Below, one piece after another: positions 57,220-64,000 of a stretch of 64,000 bases of DNA. Every line of letters starts with the position of its first letter. Position 1 is the stretch's first letter. The notes under the pieces are model-generated. The model worked only from the letters and a program-made list of their open reading frames with translations, was not told where the DNA came from and ran no database searches. The position numbers were made by a program, and so were the translations under genes. Location of the stretch: the sequence record HQ630627.1; one strand, 5' to 3'. Source of the DNA: Pseudomonas phage PhiPA3.

Positions 57220-57480
57220 ATGACTGAACGTTTGAAATCGGTATGGGTTGCTTGCTCCCTGTTGCGGACACGGTGGCCCACTATCCAAGATCTTCCGGTC
57301 GGTGAAGACTATCATGTCATCGTTAAAAATGACTCACTGATGGTCTTCAAAGGTCAGACTCCTGTCGGTTCTATGCATAGAACTGATAGCGAGCCACGTA
57401 TCTTCGAGGGGCATACTCTTGAAGAATTTACCAAGGTCGTTCTGGACTTGGAATACGATACCCATGAGGGTCATCGTTAA
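57220..57480 (+). CDS. hypothetical protein (86 aa)
   Basis: AGAGGAAAA RBS. Confidence 0.45.
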   Translation: MTERLKSVWVACSLLRTRWPTIQDLPVGEDYHVIVKNDSLMVFKGQTPVGSMHRTDSEPRIFEGHTLEEFTKVVLDLEYDTHEGHR

Positions 57481-57483
57481 TGC

Positions 57484-57526
57484 GATATAAAACCCTCCCC
57501 GCCAAGGGAGGGTTTTATGCCGTTCA
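57484..57526 (+). terminator. hairpin AAAACCCTCCC-cgccaa-GGGAGGGTTTT plus ATGCCGTTC
   Basis: seen directly. Confidence 0.55.
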
Positions 57527-57609
57527 GAGTGTTAACGCAAACTGAATGGAGTGGTAACCGCGGTCCCGCTCTCGCAAAAGTACCGTAGACAAAACTAAAA
57601 GGGCCACCC

Positions 57610-57921
57610 ATGAAATGGTCTTTTATCAACGAGCCATTCCGGCGCCTTTTACGGGTGCGGGACGTGGTTTGTAACCGAGATTATTATCTTACTACTGAAG
57701 GTTGGACGCCGGATGAAGTGGATAATACTCTCGCATATAATACGGTAGCAGAGTATAATAAAGCTCTGGCCCGTGCTAAAATGGATGTATTAAACGGTTT
57801 GTTCAGCAACAACGTGTTGTTGGACGGTCTTGATGTAACCCAGGAAGTCATCGACGGTAACGTTAAGCTTGTCAGGTGGCCTCCAAGTTGTGAACTACAT
57901 CACGTGCAGCTAGCTGCCTAA
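57610..57921 (+). CDS. hypothetical protein (103 aa)
   Basis: AAAAGGG RBS. Confidence 0.45.
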   Translation: MKWSFINEPFRRLLRVRDVVCNRDYYLTTEGWTPDEVDNTLAYNTVAEYNKALARAKMDVLNGLFSNNVLLDGLDVTQEVIDGNVKLVRWPPSCELHHVQLAA

Positions 57922-57966
57922 GAACATAAAGCCCTCTCCTTCGGGAGAGGGCGATTATGCTTTCTT
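57921..57966. terminator. bidirectional extended palindromic element (AGAACATAAA-gccctctcc-ttcg-ggagagggc-GATTATGCTTTC) plus T10
   Basis: convergent gene ends. Confidence 0.65.
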
Positions 57967-57972
57967 TTTTTT

Positions 57973-58806
57973 TTATCGTTTCCGCATGTAGTGCGGAATA
58001 CGAGCTGGCTGTTTGCGCGTCCAACCGAGTTGTTCGATCAGTTCGCTTACATCCATATTCGCATCAGACTCCAGACCCAGTGATTTCTGTTTCATTGCCT
58101 GATCCTGCATACCCCAGAGAGTAGCAGGTGTAATGACAACTTCAGTTTCAGCAAAGCTTTCTAGTGCTGGTGACTTATACTTGTTAGCGATGTAAATACC
58201 GCCTTCACCCACAAAGTCCCATGTAGAAATCTCACGGGTGTATTTGATGCCACGCATCATGTCATCTTGAGTAATCGAACGTACCGAACAATAGGTGTTG
58301 ATACTCGGATTATCGAGCGACTCTTTGAAGATATGGCCGAATGGACCGTAAGGCTTGACTTCACCTACGACCATTTTGACCCGACGACCTTCCTCATTGA
58401 TGGTATCAACAATGGACAGTGCACGGATGTGCGCACAGACGCGATCGTCATCGATTTTGCGGATACGTTGCAGATATTCCCGATCAGACAGTTGTCGTTT
58501 AACAACACGACCTTCAACCAGGATTTCTTCCCAGGGTTCAGGATGCTTGAACTCCATGAACAGTACGCCCTTTTTCAGACGACGCATCAGCGGGCTGTCA
58601 GGGTTGAACATGGAGACACCACTGGCTTCGTCATAAAACATACCAGCAGAGTTATGGGTACCATAGGCACCGAGAACGACTGTGTAATAACCGTCCGCAC
58701 TTGGGGCAAGAATGCCCTTCTTGTCAGTACCGGCGAGCATCGTACAACCAATGCGGACTTGGTTGGCTACGTTGTTAGCGCGCTGCGGTTGCGTTCCGAA
58801 TTGCAT
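57973..58806 (-). CDS. hypothetical protein (about 277 aa; ATG at 58806, TTG at 58812)
   Basis: ORF; ACGGGG RBS. Confidence 0.5.
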   Translation of the reverse strand: MQFGTQPQRANNVANQVRIGCTMLAGTDKKGILAPSADGYYTVVLGAYGTHNSAGMFYDEASGVSMFNPDSPLMRRLKKGVLFMEFKHPEPWEEILVEGRVVKRQLSDREYLQRIRKIDDDRVCAHIRALSIVDTINEEGRRVKMVVGEVKPYGPFGHIFKESLDNPSINTYCSVRSITQDDMMRGIKYTREISTWDFVGEGGIYIANKYKSPALESFAETEVVITPATLWGMQDQAMKQKSLGLESDANMDVSELIEQLGWTRKQPARIPHYMRKR

Positions 58807-58817
58807 TTGCAACCCCG

Positions 58818-59540
58818 TTAAGTTCTCAAGAGTTCTTCGATTACTTCGACAGACTCACTCGGATTCACCAGAGCAGAGTTGATACTGTCGCTAAAGTAAG
58901 CACCATTAAGTTTCGAGGTTGTATCCGAGGTGTTCCAAATTACCGAGCGGAAAGGCACAGTCACCGGAGGGACCTTACGTACGTCATCGTGGCTGGAAAG
59001 CCTGTGACGATACAACCTAGTCATATCATCCGGATCACGAGCGATAGTGGAGATAATCAGCTCTACGATCGAACGACCACCTAGGTTAACCCCAGCATGT
59101 AGATCAGCTGTCTCAAACATCTTAGCCATGTCGTAATAGTCCATATACCAAGGGATGTTTCCCTTAGAAATGAACTCATCGTACATGTAGTACGCCAAGG
59201 TATCGTTCACAACCAAAGCCGTGGAAAAGAACACCTTATCACCCGCCTCAAACGAGAACTCGTAATAGGGTTCACTCTCGATCACTACCCGTTCTGTAGA
59301 ACTGGGGAGGATCCGCATCATGGCAATGGTGTTCGATACTCCGTAGTATTCTTCATTGAAGATGATCGGGAAGAAACCTAAGATGAAGACCTCCGAACCT
59401 AACACGGCCAGATTCTTCGCTGTGAATCGCTCAGGGATCTGAATTTTACAGGCAGCATTGGTAACTACGCTACCATTCTCTAGTTCAGTGAGGTGCGTGA
59501 GAGCACGAGCAGCATCACGCTTAAGAGATCTTACGTTCAT
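58818..59540 (-). CDS. hypothetical protein (240 aa)
   Basis: ORF; AAAGG RBS. Confidence 0.5.
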   Translation of the reverse strand: MNVRSLKRDAARALTHLTELENGSVVTNAACKIQIPERFTAKNLAVLGSEVFILGFFPIIFNEEYYGVSNTIAMMRILPSSTERVVIESEPYYEFSFEAGDKVFFSTALVVNDTLAYYMYDEFISKGNIPWYMDYYDMAKMFETADLHAGVNLGGRSIVELIISTIARDPDDMTRLYRHRLSSHDDVRKVPPVTVPFRSVIWNTSDTTSKLNGAYFSDSINSALVNPSESVEVIEELLRT

Positions 59541-59549
59541 AGGAAACCT

Positions 59550-60236
59550 TTAAATAGACGAACTCATCAACTTGCTCAAGTCTCTTAGCAAGTTCTTCTT
59601 AATGGTGTCGAAGCCTTCGTTACTCTGCATATCCAGCTCAGTGTCACTATCGATAGCGCCTTTGATCACAGCTATTACTGCACGACAAATCAAGTCAGCA
59701 TCAGTGTCATGCTCGACACTGTGACGCAATTTATGCCAGGTCTGTTGTAACTCTTCTACATATTTGTTAGTACTGAGCAGATTAGTGCGGTCATTCAAAA
59801 CGTCCACATAAACCCTAGCCGCAGATTTAAGACCATCTCGACTGAGAGTAGACAATTCCTGTGTTGGCCGAGCAGGTAGACCATGGAGTTTAAGCTCCAA
59901 GCCTTCGGCCTCTTCAACAGCGTTGGGATTATCTTGCTTGGCCTGTACAATTTTCTTCAGAGGTGCAGTACTAGCATCGAACTTTTTCAGGGTAGCAATG
60001 TTACCCTGGATCGACTTATTGAAACCCGCTATCAGGTTTTGGAGAGTGGACCCGATGTTGTCGGTTATGTAAGTTCCATACTTAAAACTTACCTTGCCTT
60101 TCTTTGGTTGGCGCTTCTTCAACCACTCGTCGTTGAGATAAGTATCTTTGAGGATTTTTATATCCTCTTTGGTACCTGTTAGTTTAGGTGCAGCACTGAA
60201 CAGTCCAAAGAGTTCGTTACTGAATGTGACTGTCAT
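59550..60236 (-). CDS. hypothetical protein (228 aa)
   Basis: ORF; GGGG RBS. Confidence 0.5.
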   Translation of the reverse strand: MTVTFSNELFGLFSAAPKLTGTKEDIKILKDTYLNDEWLKKRQPKKGKVSFKYGTYITDNIGSTLQNLIAGFNKSIQGNIATLKKFDASTAPLKKIVQAKQDNPNAVEEAEGLELKLHGLPARPTQELSTLSRDGLKSAARVYVDVLNDRTNLLSTNKYVEELQQTWHKLRHSVEHDTDADLICRAVIAVIKGAIDSDTELDMQSNEGFDTIKKNLLRDLSKLMSSSI

Positions 60237-60502
60237 AACTGCCCCAATTGGAATTTTAAAATAGAATGGAAAACATCGCTATCGCGACCATTGTGGTATG
60301 CTAAGCTACGGGTACGTTCTTCAGGGGTAAGGGTTCCATGAGGACCAGCACCCTGTTTGATTTCTGCGCAACGTACGAGCTTGGCAGAATAAGACAAAGT
60401 TGGATCTAAACCGAGGGCATCAAACACGGGATTGTGTTGAGTGTTCTCTTCCCCAGCCTTCTGCATCCATACATCAGAAGACTCACCCCGACGCTCTTCC
60501 AA
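60233..60502 (-). CDS. small hypothetical protein (up to 89 aa; start unclear)
   Basis: ATGA stop/start overlap with the downstream gene suggests coupling; no clear RBS. Confidence 0.3.
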   Translation of the reverse strand: MEERRGESSDVWMQKAGEENTQHNPVFDALGLDPTLSYSAKLVRCAEIKQGAGPHGTLTPEERTRSLAYHNGRDSDVFHSILKFQLGQL

Positions 60503-60549
60503 GCGCCGGAGTTTGTCTTCGATGTCGAATGTTTCAGTAGAAGACTGGC

Positions 60550-62337
60550 TTAGGCCAAAGGGGCCTCTTCCTCTTCTTGCTCTTCTTCAGCCTGCTCTTC
60601 TGCTTCTACCTCAGCTTCATCCACAACGGATTCTTCTTCAGTTTCAGCAGCTTCTTCCTCGGTCAGTGCACCGGCCTCGGCAACGCTGTCGTACGGATCG
60701 GCTTCAGTCTCTTCAACTTCATCGAACTCGTCTTCACCTTCCGCCATCGGTGGCAGACCATCGTCAGATTCCGGAACGGATTCAACGACGTCTTCATCTA
60801 CTTCAGCTTTCCCTTCTGCTTCTTCTTGGAAGAGAGGTTCAGCACCCGTTTCACTTTCGGCTTCAGCTTCCGGCAGTTTAGCATTCGGATCGACATCTGC
60901 TTCGAAGTCTTCTACCTTGATCTGTGCAGCTAGGAACAGAGCTACCAGCGAGATCAGACCTTGGGTATTCAGTTCACGAACAGAAGCATCCGGGAAGTGT
61001 TGACCGTATTCGTCGATCGCTTGCAGGTAATCCAGATACGTGGACTGCGGGAAGTACACTTTGCAGATCAGAGTAGCGAACACCGTGTAGGGGTTCTTGG
61101 TGTCTTCAATGCGAATGTAGCGCATGGCATCGGCCAGTACACCACGTAGGTTCGGGATAGCACGATCTTTCAGTGCAGTCTCGTTAACCTGCGACATGAA
61201 GGCAGCAACGATATCTTGACGGCGACTACGTTCGGCTGCATCGATAGCAGCTTGCTTGATCAGCGGGTAAGTGGCAACCCAACGATTGACCAGGTAATCG
61301 GATTTGGCTTCGATGGAAGCCACGGTGTCCAGACCAGTACCTTCGATAGCTGCACCCAGAATGGCTTGGATGTTGCCACCTTTAGCCAACCACTGAGGAG
61401 CTACGTCACCATTGATGATTACAACCACCTTACGGTTTTCGATGTACTTATCAGCGTCGTAACGCAGAACCAGCTGCTCACGCTCACGGGCTTCAATACG
61501 ACGAGCATAAGCACGCAATACATACGAACCCAGCATTTCGTGAAGCAGGCGAACAACGTTGTTCCATTCGTCCAGTGTTACCGATTCACCCGGAACAGTT
61601 TGCGGGTTTTCGATGTAGTGACCGCAGATGAAATACGCCATCAGCAGTTCATCAATATTGAACGGAGCATTGGCCAGACGCAGGAAGTCCAAGCTGGCTG
61701 GATTAACTACATGACCAGTACCGAACAGAGCCGTCCATACAGCTTCAATACGTTCAACCGGAATCTTCAGTGCCCATTCAGTAACCTGCTCTTGATCCAG
61801 GTGTGGGTTATTGACAGCCACCATCTCAATGATGGTTTCCGCCGACAGAGGCTTGAGCATGAAGGTACGGTATTCAGCCAGCGGGCGAACACGAGCGTAA
61901 CGATCATTGATGTGGTTAACCAGACGCGGATCGTTGTGGATAGGGTCGTAGTTGAAAGACTCTACACGGCAATCAGCTTGAGAGCTAGCACCCTGACGAC
62001 TGGCGTAATCATTGTGCATTGCGGTGATAGCCGGGATGATCACGTTTTGGGTATTGAACTGCACACGTGCAATTGCGGTGTGCAGGTTGGCGATCATGGC
62101 CTCACGTTCATCGTCAACCGATGCTGGAGTTTCCTGGTTGATTTCTTCGAAGTGGTCTTCTACCGATGCAGCCAGTTCATCAGACATTTCAACCTTGTTG
62201 GGTTGTTCGTCTACGTTCAGGCCATCAGCAAAGACACCCACCGGGGTATCCATGTTAGGGACAGTAAGAACTCGCCCATCGCGAGTGAAGGATTGGGCCG
62301 CATCACGTACCGCATCCATAGAGGTAATCTCGGACAT
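60550..62337 (-). CDS. hypothetical protein (595 aa) with a ~90-aa poly-acidic C-terminal tail
   Basis: long ORF adjacent to the RNAP beta fragment; no beta-prime (NADFDGD) or beta N-terminal motifs found; the plus-strand shadow ORF 61216..62535 is rejected. Confidence 0.55.
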   Translation of the reverse strand: MSEITSMDAVRDAAQSFTRDGRVLTVPNMDTPVGVFADGLNVDEQPNKVEMSDELAASVEDHFEEINQETPASVDDEREAMIANLHTAIARVQFNTQNVIIPAITAMHNDYASRQGASSQADCRVESFNYDPIHNDPRLVNHINDRYARVRPLAEYRTFMLKPLSAETIIEMVAVNNPHLDQEQVTEWALKIPVERIEAVWTALFGTGHVVNPASLDFLRLANAPFNIDELLMAYFICGHYIENPQTVPGESVTLDEWNNVVRLLHEMLGSYVLRAYARRIEAREREQLVLRYDADKYIENRKVVVIINGDVAPQWLAKGGNIQAILGAAIEGTGLDTVASIEAKSDYLVNRWVATYPLIKQAAIDAAERSRRQDIVAAFMSQVNETALKDRAIPNLRGVLADAMRYIRIEDTKNPYTVFATLICKVYFPQSTYLDYLQAIDEYGQHFPDASVRELNTQGLISLVALFLAAQIKVEDFEADVDPNAKLPEAEAESETGAEPLFQEEAEGKAEVDEDVVESVPESDDGLPPMAEGEDEFDEVEETEADPYDSVAEAGALTEEEAAETEEESVVDEAEVEAEEQAEEEQEEEEAPLA

Positions 62338-62346
62338 GATGTCTCC

Positions 62347-62544
62347 TTAAATACCCAGCAGTTTAGACACACGAGCTACCAGGGCAGCTTGGATATCCGG
62401 TTTAGTCAGAAACTCGCCTTCCAGTGTGGCGGCGTGAGAGTCAGAGCCCAGGGACCGAACGATAGCTTCGGCCCCCAGTTCAGCAACAGCGGTCAAAACT
62501 GCTACGTTCTGACCGTGTGCAACGTTACTACTTAGCTTTTGCAT
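62347..62544 (-). CDS. RNAP beta subunit extreme C-terminal segment (65 aa from an internal ATG; +1 frame relative to the upstream beta fragment)
   Basis: LTAVAELGAEAIVRSLG matches beta [20 protein letters not shown]; C-terminal ALVARVSKLLGI matches beta FNVLLKEIRSLGI; GAGGAA RBS 6 nt before the ATG. Confidence 0.5.
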   Translation of the reverse strand: MQKLSSNVAHGQNVAVLTAVAELGAEAIVRSLGSDSHAATLEGEFLTKPDIQAALVARVSKLLGI

Positions 62545-63784
62545 TTGTGGTTCCTCGATATACGCCTGCAATATGCTTGGACAATGCACGGAGCAAAATG
62601 CTCGTGGTTGAAATGAGTTTAGGAGACATTACCATCCGTTCCTCTACAGAAGTATTGCCGAAGATCAGATCAATCGGAGTACCGTCTTCCGTTTCGTTAC
62701 GACCTTCCATTACCCGAGAGATAACAGTTTTCATCTGGTTACCGAGTACACCTTTATCACCGACACCACAAGAGATGTCATGGTCGATATAGATGCGGAT
62801 AACCATGTGGTCTGGTTCAAGGATTTGACCTTTCACACGGAACGACGAATCCACTTCACCGGTAAACACCGGTTGATTCAGAGACTTCGCAATATCTGCA
62901 CGTTGTTTGTCAGAGGCGCGAGCGATCGCTTGCAGGTTCTCGGACATGTCTTCGATGTCACCATGATAGTAACATTCGATCTTCGACACAGTACCGACAA
63001 CTTTAGCACGCGGGGTGTGCGCAGCCAGTCGACGCAGCGTTTCAATAGCCGCATCGCCAAACAGCGTGTTCTCTGCGGTTTCGGGGTCTTCGATTATACA
63101 TAGAATTGAATTCAGGTCGACATGGTCTCCCCGCTTCACCAATTCTGAAACATGTTGATCAAAGCGAACAGTGATGTTCTTAATGTCGGTGGTCTGTGTT
63201 TGTAGGCGCACAGCCAGTTCTTTCGAAATGGTTGAGCCGTCCTCCAATGTATCGAGGTTATCACAGAAAGCCACCGTTGCCATACATCCAGCTTTCCACA
63301 ACACTTGGCCCGGAGCATAACGGTCCGCAGTGAAGTACTTACGGTTGTACGCGATCGTATCACCATGTTTGAACTTGTCACCTTTCTTCAGATCAGTTAC
63401 CAAGTCATGTGGATAGTTCACACCAGCAGCGGTGCCATGAACGATCCCCAGAGGCGAACTCACGATTTCTCCATCAGCGTATTTAACGGTAATGCCATGC
63501 TCGTCAACCGAGATAACTTCACCGTCTTGTTCAGCAGCAGTAGCGAAGATGGAACTGGTACGCTGTGCTACAATTTGCTCGTAGCCGGTACGCACTGGAG
63601 TTACTTCGTAACCATCAGCATAGATACCTTGCTGTTGCTGAATACTGATAAATCCGACGCGTTTCATCGAGATCTTCAGATAGTTCGTTAGACTATCCCG
63701 TGCGTTTAAGCACTGCTCTAGGCTTTCCCTAGATGTCGAGACTATATCTTCCCCTACGTGAGAGGCTTCCCATTTCGAGCCCAC
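62528..63784 (-). CDS. multisubunit RNA polymerase beta subunit, C-terminal half (split-gene fragment as in phiKZ-like phages)
   Basis: [14 protein letters not shown] matches [47 protein letters not shown] matches [56 protein letters not shown] matches [47 protein letters not shown] matches GTPVDIVLNPLGVPSRMN (E. coli RpoB numbering ~650-1120); GTG start. Confidence 0.75.
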   Translation of the reverse strand: [418 protein letters not shown]

Positions 63785-64000
63785 TTGAGCCCTACACCGT
63801 GATAAGCGGTTAGTCGTTGAACCTTACCCATATCTTTCGACTTAGGGTCTTGGCTGCTGATTGTCCAATCTATCTCGTTTTCAAACCGTCAATACCTGCT
63901 TTCGCGGTACTTGTGGTGAGACAGCTCTAAGGACGTTCCAGCAATTAGAGAAGATACCATCTAGATATCGCTATCTAGTGGGACTGTATCTATTAAATCT

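Noticed and set aside
61216-62535. 439-aa plus-strand ORF overlapping the 595-aa minus-strand gene
   Set aside because: Its orientation is inconsistent with all neighbouring genes, it has a garbage-like composition, and there is no RBS. The minus-strand gene is retained.
1-64000. tRNA genes, integrase or attachment sites, IS elements
   Set aside because: No cloverleaf-compatible ~75-nt intergenic segment (the intergenic regions are short and taken up by hairpins), no tyrosine or serine recombinase motifs, and no terminal inverted repeats flanking transposase-like ORFs were seen. This is by-eye only, so tRNAscan or Aragorn could still find a tRNA.

Overview
This window reads as a 64-kb stretch of a large lytic (jumbo-type) phage genome. 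I see no host housekeeping genes, rRNA, tRNA, CRISPR array or integrase. Genes sit in co-directional blocks separated by GC-rich stem-loops with UUCG/GAAA-type loops.

Gene content I can support from the translations:
- A large receptor-binding module with at least three families of paralogous tail-fibre genes. Family A is 9473-16312. Family B is 21932-25493. Family C is 25493-31619 and carries collagen-like GDKGDK repeats. N-terminal anchor domains and C-terminal tip domains are shuffled between genes.
- A lysis cluster: a RuvC-like resolvase gene, an overlapped Rz/Rz1-type spanin pair, a membrane protein, and a phiKZ-gp144-like endolysin (peptidoglycan-binding domain plus transglycosylase).
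- A minus-strand DNA-metabolism block with a UvsX/RecA-like recombinase and a DUF488-like protein.
- An RNase HI domain fused to a C-terminal domain of unknown function.
- A second lipoprotein/membrane-protein pair that looks like spanins.
- A baseplate-type PAAR tip and spike.
- A Rad50/SbcC-like ATPase with a CxxC hook.
- A run of small, individually terminated genes at 50-58 kb.
- At the right end, the C-terminal half of a multisubunit RNA polymerase beta subunit, encoded in two overlapping frames.

The most striking non-coding signal is a family of at least 13 extended palindromic elements, out of 18 GC-rich hairpins in total. The consensus is GACRRCATA - [C-rich stem, loop, G-rich stem] - TATGYYGT. 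They sit at almost every module boundary, including convergent gene ends. TATATTAC motifs lie upstream of some small genes.

The split RNAP beta subunit, the UUCG hairpins and the TATG/TATATTAC motifs together point to a phiKZ-like (chimallivirus-type) phage with its own multisubunit RNAP. All functional calls rest on motif-level reading of the translations. Nothing was searched against a database.
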